Source: Convolutriloba macropyga
Taxonomy: Eukaryota
DNA: 63,920 nucleotides
Direction: 5' to 3'
NCBI RefSeq assembly: GCF_964194025.1
Contig: NC_134477.1
Location: 59,334,001-59,397,920 of the forward strand
Position numbers and translations under genes: made by a program
The notes under the pieces: model-generated
Told to the model about the DNA's origin: nothing
Seen by the model: the letters and a program-made list of their open reading frames with translations, nothing else
Database searches by the model: none
Shown: in pieces, positions 1 through 13,087 of the stretch
Layout of the letters: every line of letters starts with the position of its first letter
Numbering within the stretch: position 1 is the stretch's first letter

Positions 1-1352
1 TGTCCTCATGCTTGTATGTTCTGTTAGATGCCTACGGTACGGCTAGTTCTCTTTGCTTGATTTTCATGATCAGAGGGTTCCGATCACCGATTTTCAAGTT
101 GTTCAATTTGTGTCGAAGATGCACTTCGTGAACTGATGACCATTTTGCAGAACTTTCACCTTTCTAATGAAGTTATTGAACCCACCATAATAATACAAAT
201 TGAAAATTATTTTCCCCCATATTAATTCTTCCACATTCATAATTTGACAGTTCGATGTTGGAGATGCTCAGTTTTCGTTTGGATCATATGGCCGCAAATA
301 TGTTTTTTTTCACGGAATTTTGTAAATGTGGAATCATTAACGTAAGGCAGAAATTAATTATTATATTTATTTATAATCTTACAACGGAGGAATTTCGCAC
401 ATGTTCAATAAACTACTTTGAGATATTTCATCATTTTGATTGAAAAGAAAATAATTAGTTCTAGTTTGAAACTATGCTTGATGTTCCGATTTGTAATTAA
501 AGATAAAAGTCTATTCCTATCATCAAAGCTTTTAAAAATCACCGATTTGTTTCATCATTTTCTTAAACTTTTTCATTTTGAGTGAGCTTTTTTAATCACA
601 GGTCCTACTTGAATACGTCCATTTGAAAGACGCTCAAGTCTTTTGGATGTTCTCCACACTTCAAATTTGTTTATAGTATTATTGATCTTCCTTTAGATTT
701 AAACAGTTCAACTCGCAAGACTCGATTTTTAAAAAGACCATAACAGCGGTCATACTTTCGACATAAATAGGAAATCGCTGCTAAGTGAAATCATCTTCGG
801 CGGAAAATTCCAAACAAACAGTTGTCGTTTAGAAAAAACGTTCATGAATCAAAATTTCTGTATGCCAAAATGTTTGTGTTTCTCCGGTTTTCGTAATCCA
901 AATCTCATCTATGCTGCGCAATCGCGAGGTCGCTGTTGCACAGAAGATTGATCAAGTCGAAGAAACCGAAGATTTTAAACAGTAGAGCATACTGCAACTC
1001 CGCTGTTTGTTCTGGTTCCTCAAAACAAATCCATCTTAGGAAATGCAGGTAATAATATGTTTTCTTTCAATTAGCAGGAAAACATGCCTTGACATATTTT
1101 GTACACAGAAACTCGAGAGAAGTTATATTAATAGCAACTGTTATAATTTCATTTCAACAACTTGTTTAAATTATCAAGGATTACTTTTAATTGCTATTTT
1201 GAGATGCATAGCCATATAAAATTAAACTATTTTAAATCACTTACAAAAAGAAATCCTGAATCTTCCATATTGTCACCAAACCCTCTGTTTTCGAACCATG
1301 GAACTAGCCGATCCGTATATTGGATGACAAAAATAAAAAGTTACAAAACAAA

Positions 1353-1628
1353 AACTTATTGTACAATTTAGAGGCACGTAATTTTATTGAGAAACGCTCA
1401 AGTTTGTTTCGACACTTTGGTTGAGCTATTACATTTGATTTTGACAATCTCGTTGTGACTTTTGAATAGTTATAGGAAAACATGTCATTACAAATGACAT
1501 GTTTTCCTATAACTATTCAAAAGTCACAACGAGATTGTCAAAATCAATCTAATAGCTCAAACAAAGTGTCGAAACAAACTTGAGCGTTTCTCAATAAAAT
1601 TACGGGCCTCTAAATTGTACAATAAGTT
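1353..1628. repeat. Long near-perfect palindrome (~137-bp arms, 3-nt loop)
   Basis: aacttattgtacaatttagagg...catgtcatt-aca-aatgacatg...cctctaaattgtacaataagtt; about 4 differences between arms. Confidence 0.95.
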
Positions 1629-4600
1629 AAAAACAATAGGCATAATTCCATCTGATCTTGATCTAAATTCTGTCCAGAAAGTAACAGACTTCTGTCATCA
1701 CCTCAAAAATTCGTACCTCGTCTGTAACAATGAACTATCTAAATTCGTATTTAGTTTGTAGTGTGACTTAGCAGGAGCTCTTCTAGGAGATCAACAGGCA
1801 TCGCACCAGTTAATTACTTAAGTATTGATCGTTTTTTTTTTTGAGACACGAAGTAGTTGATCACTGCCTGGGGCCCAAAGCAGCTCATAGAGATGTCTTC
1901 CCGGCACAGTGGTTTTTACTTCTGGTCCCAAATTCACCCAAAGCGCCAAATGTTTTGTTTTTATTGGCGCGAAAGACTAGTTCCCCTGCTGTGACGTGGT
2001 TTCAAGAGCTTTTATCTGGGTATTGTGCTCCCCTTTTTAAATTTTAATTCAATTTTTTTTTGTTTATAATAGATTAAGTAAGGTAAATTACACCAATCTT
2101 TTGGTTTATCCCTTCCTCTTTTAACCTTTGGATACTAAGCATGTAAAGGTTTTAAGAATGCTGACGATGCATTTGCTAGGCGTTTTAGGAATGCTGACGA
2201 TGTCGTTATGCTGGGGGTCATGTTGCGCATTTTAATTTATGACTCAAATGGTTTTAAAAGATTAAGCAAGTCAATCTACTCTAATCATTAAGTTTATCCT
2301 TTCGTTACTTGCCATTTTGATACTAAGAATGTAAAGGTGTTAAAATTGCTGCTGAGCTTGATTCAATGATTCTAGCATTATACCAGGTTGCTGCTAATTT
2401 AGTAATATTTGTTGTTAATTAATAATTTTCCGTCTGTACTATATACGCTGTGTAAAATTTACTTCTTGAATTCTTGATCTATCGCCTGGGCAAACTGAAA
2501 AGAAGTTCACAGTGACTCGTTGTTTGTCCCTTCCATCTGTAAATATTGTTGATTTTGCTAGTGTATTGTTAATACGTATGAGATGGATAAATAAATCTTC
2601 TTCTTCTTCAAAAAAGAAACCTCTCACTCCATGGCTCTCAACACAATGACGCAATCGCGTCACAAAAACAAGAACCAATAAGTTCTGTGGACTTAGCCCT
2701 CCATTGATAATTGTAAATAAATTTGCACAAAGCTATGTTGCACCTGGATTTTGTATAAACTTTGCAAGCCAGGACCAATGTGTATGATAAACTTCAGAGT
2801 GACAGTGTTTCGTAGACTTAAAATTGTTTTTTGTCAACCGCTAATTCTGGCTAAACAGAAACTGCTGTTTTTCATCAGTAACATGATTATAGCGAACACT
2901 ACAGGAGAGATTAGATAACTATATAGTCCATTAAGAGATATTCTGAACAGCCGACTCACAGTAATAGTTTTTTAATATTGACATAATTGCTTTAATATAT
3001 TTCTTTGTTGGCCTTTAGATTATGCTGAAAGCACTCAATCAACAATTATTTGGGCAAAAACATCCAGATTGATATACGCGCAAAATCATGATTTTTAGAA
3101 AAGATTTTAATCACGGAAAAAAGAATCTAACATTTAATTTCCAGAAAAAATCAACAGATAATTGATGAATAGATCAGGCATACTCTTGAGAAATTATTTT
3201 TTCCGCGCTCACTAAGAATTAGCTACAGAGTTACTTCTAAATAAAATTAAGCCGTTTTTAAAGGGGAAAGTAGTCAAGATGCTTTTCTGATAAAAAGATG
3301 ATCTCAGGTACTCGGAAAAAATGCTTTCTAATAGTCGAATGAAAAATCTGTATAATTGAGCTGAACTTTGTCGAGTAGTTCCTCGAAGGGAATTTTATTC
3401 TCAGATTAATGCTTGCCACGTTTTAAAAAACGAGCAAATTAGGGCTACGAATATTATGCGATCACTGGATGGGGGTTATGTGACAACTTTCCTTGCGCAC
3501 TTGTAAGCATTTTTCATCCAAACTTGAGTTCAAGTTGTGATTGGAGTCGGGAATATTCGGCTAAATATTATTTTTTTTGCAGTCTGCTAGACCTACAGCA
3601 AATCGGCGTCGTCCACGTTATGCTTAATATAACCATGCTTAAGGATTTAGTTAGTTAAAAATCTTCAAATATCCAAAAATTCATTTCGTGTCTCGTTATT
3701 GGAATAAAGATAAACTTATTTAATTGAACTCAGCCAATTTTATTCAGCGCATGATTCAGTAATTCAATCAGTATTACTTAACAACGTAGTGACTAACAAG
3801 ACATTCCTACGGTTCAAGGTTAATCATACCACCTTGGTTAATTCGGGCAAACAGTAATTGATGAACTTAGACAACCTGTCAATTTTAACCCATCAATGTC
3901 AAATGACACTCAAGTCAAAAGTCTACCTTTCTAGAAGATCCTGCATGTTTTGTTTACAGCATGAAATTTTGAGACTATAAACGTTTCGGCAATTTAGCTC
4001 GTATAATTTTGTTCAAACTCTTTTGAAGAGCTTAAATAAACGCGACAAGGCTGGCTTGTGTTTATTTTTGGCATATCGGCTCTATCATTTTATTTTCTAC
4101 AGAAATCAATTGATATATGAAGTGTTTTCATGAACAAAAACTATTTAGATTAGAAATGCATGAACAAACTAACGTCAGTATCAATATTTGGATCTTTTAT
4201 GATATGTTCACATAAAAACAATCTTCTCCGAAAAATCAATTTTCCTCTGTTATAAAAGACGAGTTAAGATATAATACTTGTAAATTTACTTCGAATTTTC
4301 AATTAGAGTAATGTTAGTGGTTTCATTGTATGAATACAAGTTTACATAGTTAAAACAAAAAGCCACAAAATGTAATTTTAATTAATTTACAAATTATCGA
4401 ACCAAAATACATCAATTCTCCACCAAAATAGATTGTTTTTAAGATTCATTTCAAAACACATGGTTGTTTTAACTTCTGAGGCTCAAATTTGGAAAACAAG
4501 AAGCTAGCTGATTAGTTCACCTGCTAGATGTTTTAAGCCTTCAAAATTAAAACTTGAAGCTCATGAAAAAAATAGAAAGTAATGGCCATGGTCTGAAAAT

Positions 4601-4668
4601 CAGTGCATTGCAAATGTGCTTAGATAGATATTGGTTATGTTCATAGAAGTTTAAATTAGTTCTGGTGA

Positions 4669-6684
4669 TTATGACTTCTTGACCTGATAAATGTGTTCGT
4701 TAGTTGGATGGTGAAATTTGGGCAAGAACAGTCCGAATTTGCTTTCGATGCCAGCGAAAGCCAGTGACGCTGTTTTGAGTCCTCCAATATGATCTGGATT
4801 TGTAGGCGCAATTGTTTCTTTGAGAGAGTTAGCTTTCGCTCCTTTAGGCTTCGCTTTCGGCTTCGGTCCTCCGAAGTCAACGGGCAGCAACCTTTGCAGC
4901 AGCTCATAGGTCAACAATGTAACACCGAATTGGGGCGCAGATCGGAATACCCGTTGGTTGGCCCCCACCCAAAATACGCGTCCACCTTCCTCTCGAAGTA
5001 GCTTTCGGGCACAATCGATCACGCCAGTGTATACTTGTTGACCTTCTCTGGCTTTCACTTGCAGTCTGGTTTTGATGACATCCGCCGGGGTAGTTAGGAA
5101 AGGTGCCGGCACGCCCGCTAGAACACCTGCGAGAAACATGTATGAAAGAGGTAAGACACCCTCGTCATTTGTGAACGCGAGTTTCAAATTTGCGTAGATT
5201 GGGAAATAGATAGCTGAGAATGGAATATCACGCAGGAAACAAGCTCTGGATCCTTTATAGAGTCCAGTCAATCCAAGCTCTCGGATAACTGAGATAGCAT
5301 TTATCTTCTTGGTCGTTTTGACCTCCCCGGCTACCTGCAGTCGAATCTTGACAATTTCGAGGGGGTTGGTGAAGATGACCTGGCACCCTCCGGCGGTTCC
5401 ACCAGCCAAAATTTCACCCCAAAGTGGGTATGTACCGTCTTCTCTGACAACCTGATCCCTGACTATATCATTCATCGTCAATTTGATGGCCTTTTCAGGA
5501 GCCACTCCAACCAGTTGGGGAGGGAGACCTCGGTAGAGACCCAAGTAGCCTTCGAATCTGATGACTTTGAAGAAGCAGTCCCAAAAGTTTTTGTACATAA
5601 CCTCTCCAGGTATGGATGATCGTTGATTTTGCAGCCTTGTTTTGCATAAATCGATGGGATAGACAGCTGTCGCACCACAACACCCGGCTATTGATCCCAG
5701 ACCAAATCGGTATACGTTTTCTGCAATTGCCAGAAGCGCTCCTCGTTTATCCGCCGGCGCAGGAGCTGCCTCCGTTTTGGTCTCCACTGGCACTTCTGGC
5801 TCTAAAGGCCTGGGAATCAGTTTCTCAAAATCAGCTTTTGTTAATCGGCCCGCTTCGTGGTTGAAAGAGACGATTTGGAACAAAAGTTCAACTTCCTGAG
5901 GTGTCACGTCGGCACGGTCTAAGGCAGTCTGCATGTACTCGTCTTTCAGAACGAAATTCTCATTCTTTCGCTTGGCTCCTGTTTTTGCTTTCATTGTGTC
6001 TTCGAATAATTTGTAAAATATTTCGATGTTTGATAGTACCTTGTTAAGGGCAAGAAATGATGAGTAGCTGATTTTGTTTCCTTTAGCTAAGGCCACAAGA
6101 TTTTCCGATATAAACGGTGTCATTGAATTACTTCGCAGCGATGACATAACTTCCTGGACATCAAGAGGGAAAATCATGCCATCTTTACTTTTGTCTCGCT
6201 TTTCGAAAGCCTGCTTCAGATGCTCAAGTTGCAGCCCATTTAACATTTGAGCAAAGTCAGAGTAAGGTAATTCTCTGGTTCTAGCTTCACCAAAATGTCG
6301 ATATACAAACTCGCAATTATAGTTGAACGGCAGCACTCCAAATGCCACAGTTTTTGAATACACTTCTTTGAACTCGTTGAAAGTCACAAATCCCGATTTC
6401 GTGGCATCAAACAGCCGAAAAACCATTCGATAAGACACATCTGGGGACTTCAAGAAAGTTTCAAATGCGCAGAATTCTTCAAAGGATATTCTGCCATCTT
6501 TTGTGGTGTCAACTACTCGAGTAAGCATTGCCATGCACTCATCAGAAGCGTCATTGTCGACATTTACACCAATAAAATTTTTGATGAAAGATGGTCCAGA
6601 TATGAACTGGTTTCCCTTGTCATCTTTCTGATCAACATATTTGGTGAACACAGCAGATAGTTCATCCCGAGTAACATCCGGCAT
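4669..6684 (-). CDS. SLC25A12/13: Calcium-binding mitochondrial aspartate/glutamate carrier (aralar/citrin), single coding exon
   Basis: 671-aa ORF: N-terminal EF-hands (DTTKDGRISFEEF, DATKSGFVTFNEF), three carrier signature repeats (PIDLCKTRLQ, PLEIVKIRLQ, PADVIKTRLQ), aralar-type C-terminus NPDHIGG...IESKFGLFLPKF. Confidence 0.96.
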   Translation of the reverse strand: MPDVTRDELSAVFTKYVDQKDDKGNQFISGPSFIKNFIGVNVDNDASDECMAMLTRVVDTTKDGRISFEEFCAFETFLKSPDVSYRMVFRLFDATKSGFVTFNEFKEVYSKTVAFGVLPFNYNCEFVYRHFGEARTRELPYSDFAQMLNGLQLEHLKQAFEKRDKSKDGMIFPLDVQEVMSSLRSNSMTPFISENLVALAKGNKISYSSFLALNKVLSNIEIFYKLFEDTMKAKTGAKRKNENFVLKDEYMQTALDRADVTPQEVELLFQIVSFNHEAGRLTKADFEKLIPRPLEPEVPVETKTEAAPAPADKRGALLAIAENVYRFGLGSIAGCCGATAVYPIDLCKTRLQNQRSSIPGEVMYKNFWDCFFKVIRFEGYLGLYRGLPPQLVGVAPEKAIKLTMNDIVRDQVVREDGTYPLWGEILAGGTAGGCQVIFTNPLEIVKIRLQVAGEVKTTKKINAISVIRELGLTGLYKGSRACFLRDIPFSAIYFPIYANLKLAFTNDEGVLPLSYMFLAGVLAGVPAPFLTTPADVIKTRLQVKAREGQQVYTGVIDCARKLLREEGGRVFWVGANQRVFRSAPQFGVTLLTYELLQRLLPVDFGGPKPKAKPKGAKANSLKETIAPTNPDHIGGLKTASLAFAGIESKFGLFLPKFHHPTNEHIYQVKKS

Positions 6685-6778
6685 TATACTCTGAAAATGG
6701 TCACCAAATTGTCACACTGGTTGGAATTGCCTCTTCAACTTTTTACATCACTTTAGACCACCTATATACAAAGTTGGA

Positions 6779-7072
6779 TATTTTCCGTTTGTGCCCCCCC
6801 CCCAAGTAGTTATGCATCCCCAGTTCTGCTAAACTGCCCTGTACTAGACGACGTCAGACAAAAACAACCAGACTGGAGTGATACCTGGAAAAACCCAAAC
6901 ATAGCGCTTAATCTCTGGAACACCTGGATAGGGAGAGCGGGCCCCGATTAACACACACACACGCATCCCCAGTTACAGAGCAAGTACCATTACATAGTAA
7001 ACTACAATGCAAAAATTTGGCACGTTGCAAATATGCACCTACTAAGCTGGGGGGCACAAACCGAAAAGATTC
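6779..7072. mobile_element. MITE-like element with C-run/G-run terminal inverted repeats (duplicated at ~8423-8715)
   Basis: ttttccgtttgtgcccccc ... ggggggcacaaaccgaaaa; related copies at ~31405, ~57047 and ~58701. Confidence 0.65.
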
Positions 7073-7818
7073 ACAAAGTTTATCAGCACTAAAACAAATC
7101 AATAGATCTAATGGTACTCTAATGAATTTGTTTTCTAAGAGAACACTAGGCAGCAAAAAAGGGTCTTTCCCATTATAGCCCCCCAAAAATCAAAATCAAG
7201 TTATAGCATACAATTAAATTCATCATTTATGCTTACAATTGTTGGTTACAAGTTTTTGTTTTGTTCCAGTATCGAATGCTATTGTTTCCCATTTATGTTT
7301 GCAGGTTTCTACAATTTTCATTAAGTTCATAGGAGCCATTTCGTATTATCTCTGTAGCAGCTGAAATGCGGTTATGAGAAGTCAACTAAAATCAATTATA
7401 ATGGGCAAGCCCATGTCATCATCCGGCGGCTCACCTACAATGATTTCCGATTTTGTGTTAAAGAGGTGGTTATGAATTTTCATCTGGGGGGGGGGGGGGG
7501 GGGGGCTATAGGTTACTTGCCCAATAAGCTGGGGGGGGGGCTATAATGGGAAAGACCCGCAAAAAAGACCACATATTTAAAAGGACGGCATTTAGAAAAA
7601 GGTCAATTAAAACAAAGCCCCTACCCGGAAAGGGTAGTCGGTCAAACACGGGGGCGGCAAGGCAACTCCTATAGACATTTACAAATCGTGACAATAGTCA
7701 AAAGTTGTGACAATAGTCAAAAGGACGGCATTTAGAAAAAGGTCAATTAAAACAAAGCCCCTACCCGGAAAGGGTAGTCGGTCAAACACGGGGGCGGCAA
7801 GGCAACTCCTATAGACAT

Positions 7819-8328
7819 TTACAAATCGTGACAATAGTCTCGCTTTTCGAAAGCCTGCCTCAGATGCTCAGTTTGCAGCCCATTTAACATTTGAGCAAAG
7901 TCAGAGTAAGGTAATTCTCTGGTTCTAGCTTCACCAAAATGTCGATATACAAACTCGCAATTATAGTTGAACGGCAGCACTCCAAATGCCACAGTTTTTG
8001 AATACACTTCTTTGAACTCGTTGAAAGTCACAAATCCCGATTTCGTGGCATCAAACAGCCGAAAAACCATTCGATAAGACACATCTGGGGACTTCAAGAA
8101 AGTTTCAAATGCGCAGAATTCTTCAAAGGATATTCTGCCATCTTTTGTGGTGTCAACTACTCGAGTAAGCATTGCCATGCACTCATCAGAAGCGTCATTG
8201 TCGACATTTACACCAATAAAATTTTTGATGAAAGATGGTCCAGATATGAACTGGTTTCCCTTGTCATCTTTCTGATCAACATATTTAATGAACACAGCAG
8301 ATAGTTCATCCCGAGTAACATCCGGCAT
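7819..8328 (-). pseudogene. Truncated aralar duplicate (about the first 163 aa, EF-hand region only)
   Basis: 169-aa ORF identical to the aralar N-terminus except T13I and QLEHLK>QTEHLR, ending in 6 junction-derived residues (YCHDL tail). Confidence 0.88.
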
Positions 8329-9390
8329 TATACTCTGAAAATGGTCACTAAATTGTCACACTGGTTGGAATTGCCTCTTCAACTTTTTACATCACTTTAG
8401 ACCACCTATATACAAAGTTGGATATTTTCCGTTTGTGCCCCCCCCCCAGTAGTTATGCATCCCCAGTTCTGCTAAACTGCCCTGTACTAGACGACGTCAG
8501 AAAAAAACAACCAGACTGGAGTGATACCTGGAAAAACCCAAACATAGCGCTTAATCTCTGGAACACCTGGATAGGGAGAGCGGGCCCCAATTAACACACA
8601 CACACGCATCCCCAGTTACAGAGCAAGTACCATTACATAGTAAACTACAATGCAAAAATTTGGCACGTTGCAAATATGCACCTACTAAGCTGGGGGGCAC
8701 AAACCGAAAAGATTCACAAAGTTTATCAGCACTAAAACAAATCAATATATCTAATGGTACTCTAATGAATTTGTTCTCTAAGAGAACACTAGGCAGCAAA
8801 AAAGGGTCCTTCCCATTATAGCCCCCCAAAAATCAAAATCAAGTTATAGCATACAATTAAATTCATCATTTATGCTTACAATTGTTGGTTACAAGTTTTT
8901 GTTTTGTTCCAGTATCGAATGCTATTGTTTCCCATTTATGTTTGCAGGTTTCTACAATTTTCATTAAGTTCATAGGAGCCATTTCGTATTATCTCTGTAG
9001 CAGCTGAAATGCGGTTATGAGAAGTCAACTAAAATCAATTATAATGGGCAAGCCCATGTCATCATCCGGCGGCTCACCTACAATGATTTCTGATTTTGTG
9101 TTAAAGAAGTGGTTATTAATTTCAGTTGCTCGCCTACATCGATTTCCGATTTTGTGTTAAAGAGGTGGTTATGAATTTTCATCTGGGGGGGGGCTATAGG
9201 TTACTTGCCCAATAAGCTGGGGGGGGGGCTATATTGGGAAAGACCCACAAAAAAGACCACATATTTAAGAGGACGGCATTTAGAAAAAAGTCAATTAAAA
9301 CAAAGCCCCTACCCGGAAAGGGTAGTCGGTCAAACACGGGGGCGGCAAGGCAACTCCTTTAGACATTTACAAATCGTGACAATAGTCAAA
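7837..9390. repeat. Recent tandem segmental duplication of ~6193-7700 (aralar 5' CDS plus upstream region)
   Basis: Near-identical to 6193-7700 with scattered substitutions; GTC microhomology at the 7837-7839 junction; internal ~50-bp re-duplication near 9125-9180. Confidence 0.93.
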
Positions 9391-9487
9391 ATTAAAGCTC
9401 TTTTTGACAGATATTAGGTGGTGATCAGCAGTTATTTATGGGTCAAAAGGGAGGAAACCAAAATCTATACCAAAATCGCCTAGCGCA

Positions 9488-10867
9488 GGACATTTTGGTA
9501 TAGAGAAAACGTACAAAAGAGCTTGCGAAAGGTTTTATTGGTCGTGCATGAGAAGGGACGTAGGAAACTGGATAGAAAACTGTGACGTTTGCCTAAAAAG
9601 GAAAGGCACTAAGCAGAAACATCGGCATTCACTCACAAAATGGAAACCTAGTCATCCATTTTGGCAAGTATCTCTGGATATCATGGGTCCACTTCCCGAG
9701 TCTCAGGGAAACAAGTACATTTTGCTTATCGGTGATCAATTCAGTAAGTGGTACGAAGCTGTAGCGTTACCCAATCAAGAGGCAAAAATTGTGGCAAAAG
9801 CGTTTGTTGAACACTGGATAGTAAGATTCGGCTGTCCAGTCAACCCACACAGTGACCAAGGGTCAAACTTTATGTCTAAATTGTTTCGTAGTCTTTGCAG
9901 TGAACTAGGAATTCAGAGAACATCAACCACATCCTACCATTCACAAGGGAACGCAATGATTGAACGAACAAATCGAACAATAGAAGAATGCCTCTCCTAA
10001 TATATAGGACAATACCAACACGAGTGGACTAATTTTCTACCCAAAGCGATGATGGTATATCGATCATCAATTCATAGTGTAACAAGATACAGCCCAGCGT
10101 TTGTGGTACTGGGTTTTCCACTGTCGCTACCTATAGACTGCTTCTATAGCACACCACAGACCACAATATATGCAACACCAAGTGACTATGTTTTCACGAT
10201 GAAAGAGAAACTGCAGGAAACGCACCACTTGATGCGAGAGTCTATGGATGTGGAACAAGAACGCCAGAAGTCGTATTATGATCGCAGTAAGTATGGGCCG
10301 AGCTATAAAGTTGGCGAAGAAGTGTTAGTTTTCAACCCAACGGTTAAAAAAGGAGAAACAAGAAAGTTTACTTCTTTCGATAGAGGACCATACATAATTG
10401 TTGAAATTATAAACGATTTGAATTTCAAGGTAGAAGATAAAAGGACGAGGAAAGCTATCAAGGTCCATTATGACCGACTGAAGAAATATAAAACACGAGA
10501 AAAACCATTCACGCCTGAGCCTAAGGCGAAACGAAAAACAACCAGTAAGGAGCAAAAGAATAGCAATTTGAACACCTCAGACGATGGTGATATAATTGAA
10601 ATAGAATCATCAACAGACAGTGAAAGCAATCTAAACACAGAAAATAAATCCGAAGCTGAGGATGCTAACGATTCACTAAATGTTACAAATGAAACGCCTG
10701 AGATTGAAGCTAAAGAATCAGAGCAAGAAACCTCTAAAGGGCAAGAGAAGGCACAAAATGTTCCCGAGGGGGGAGGTGCAACTTCATCGAAAGCTACCGA
10801 GTACACTGAAAAAAAAACCAGCAGAAACAAAAATTCCAAAACCAGAAAAAAAGCAACAGGAATCTAG
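9488..10867 (+). pseudogene. Gypsy integrase (Zn-binding, DDE core, GPY/F module, long acidic tail); one in-frame stop at 9998-10000
   Basis: GHFGIEKT...RFYW..MRRDV...CDVC; LDIMGPLP; HSDQGSNF; SYHSQGNAMIERTNRT; RGPYIIVE...VHYDRLK. Confidence 0.92.
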
Positions 10868-11059
10868 TAGTAAAACAAAAAGTACTGAAGAAAAGATTAA
10901 TAGTAATGCGAAGGCACCAAAAATGGCTACAAGGTCTAGCAGTTGATTAAAATCGGTGCCTGAGAGATTAAAAAATTACTTTACTGAGCAAGATGAGGAG
11001 TAATTTAGCAGCCAGGAAACTGATGATGTTTTTGTTTCAGGAAAATCCAGAAAGAAATA

Positions 11060-12882
11060 ATGGAATCGAAAAGAAAGACGAGTTCGTCTGGAGCATCCTG
11101 TGATGGAATATCACTATGTTTGTATCTGGCATTGCTAGCCATTTTTGCTTCTCCTTCCTTTTTTATTAAATTATACGGCTATGGTTTTGACAATATCGTA
11201 TTAACAAAAATAAATTCTCTGGATCACAGTACAAACTGTGATAACAAAATTCGAGTATGGAAAACAATAGAAGAAGGTAGTTTGATATATGCTGATGTTC
11301 AGCTTGAGATAAAATTAAGATTTTGCATGTATGAAGCCTCATATACTGTGTCTGCACTTAAAAAGAGTAATGTATATGACGATGTTGTCTTTATTACCAA
11401 AAACTCAAGACTCCTAAAATCCATATATCCAATAAACGAAGGAACCTGTAGGAGCATTTGGCGAAACAAAAACTTTGCTTTACCAGGTTTTGGAGATAAA
11501 AACTTTATAGTCAATAATTCAGTAACGGAAAAGATTTTACAACAAGCAAGTGAAACTACTTATGCCGAGGAGCATAGCCAGAGCTTCATGAAAAAAAATA
11601 ATCGTGAAGATGCTATGTATGCTGAGCCTGTAGAGTGGGTTTCACCTACAGAAGTAAAACTTATTGGAAATGTGATGATCAATGCAAAACTTTACATCGG
11701 AACAATTTGGGGAAAACTGATACAAAGAAACCTCTTAAGCTTTAAGGATCCCCTAGGTTTCTCGAAAACTGTTTTTATCAAAACCACATATTTTGAAGAC
11801 GATTTAGTAAACTATTTTTTTGAAAATCAAGGTGAGCAAACATGTCAAACGATCAAACGCTTTAATAAGGAGGACCCTGTAAAAGTTTTTGGTAACAACA
11901 AGACCACTTTTATCAGCGGAAAAACATTACACAAAAACAAATATGAAGATTTTGCATTAGAAATCTTAGAGGAAAAAGCAATTAGTTTGTGTGGACAGCA
12001 GGTGAAAACAACCGGAATTCCAGGTGTTTTTTACTCCGAGGAAAGTTCAGAACTGAAAACTGGTAATCTTAAAATAACCATGGAAATGTTTCTTTCAAGC
12101 GTTGTTGACACCTTGAATTTCGAACTTCTCAAGGAGAGAGAAATTTTTTTATGAAAGTTAGAACGCTCCAATGCGAGATTCAACGACTAAAAATTCAAAC
12201 TATGATTGAAATATCAAAAAACATGGTTAGTCCATCGGTAACGCTCTTCGAGAAAGGAACTCACGTCGAAAGAGCAGGATCTGTGTTATATGTTCATAAA
12301 TGTGCAAAGATGGTAGCAACAATAACTAAACTTCCTTTTTGCACAGAAGAAGTTCCTGTGTTAGTAGAGGGTCAGAATTTTTCTTCTATTAGATATATGG
12401 ACCCTATTACAAAAATTTTGTATCATAATTATACAATCGCTGCCTGCAACCCGCTGTACCAAAATGTTGTGAAATTGGAAGACGGCAGTTTTCAACAATA
12501 TGGAGAAACGCTGAAGAAATTCAATCGTGAGATATATCAGTGGTCGATGAATAATAACTTAAATGTAAGTGATGAAAATCTGCATCGCAGCCTTTTCTCC
12601 AAATCAGACGTAAAACAGAGTCAAATTGCACGAACAATTCGCCATAATAGTAAAGGAATTATCAGTCGGGAAGCATTCCGAGATTCGGATGGAAAACACA
12701 GTCATGAAGATTTTATTCATTGGAACGCTCAGTTCCAAAAACAATTTTTTCTAACAAAAGAAATAACAATTTTTCGTAACTTAAAAACTGAAAGCTTATA
12801 CGTTTGGTTAAAAGCTAAGGACATTGCTGTGTCAGTCTTAACAGTCTACCTCATATTCCAAGTTGTGAAAAAATTTTCCTAA
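11060..12882 (+). pseudogene. Envelope-like glycoprotein resembling chuvirus/Jingchuvirales class III fusion proteins; frameshift in T-run near 12143-12151
   Basis: Signal-peptide-like SLCLYLALLAIFAS; motif CEIQR...GTHVERAGSVLYVHKC...CTEEVPV...YMDPITKIL...C; several N-glycosylation sequons; C-terminal hydrophobic IAVSVLTVYLIFQVV; env position after integrase. Confidence 0.72.
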
Positions 12883-13087
12883 ATTGTTCATCTATTTAGG
12901 ATTAGTCATTAATGGAGCCTCCTGGCAACAACTGTTGCGGAATCTCGACCCTGTAATGTGAACACGTATGTATAATCAATTACTCAAATTAGTTAATGAG
13001 CGTCGAGAACAAAAGAAAATGATTGAAGAGAAAGAGTCCTTGAAAGAGTCGGTTGTGTAAAAAAAGAAAAAAAATGAAAAATGAGTT

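Noticed and set aside
862-1050. Possible first exon of the SAXO-like gene (GC-richer patch ending in CAG/GTAATA)
   Set aside because: No ATG-initiated frame stays open to the donor; unsupported
6908-7186. Duplicated 92-aa ORF (also 8551-8829)
   Set aside because: Overlaps a MITE, has no recognisable domain, and is repeated only because of the segmental duplication
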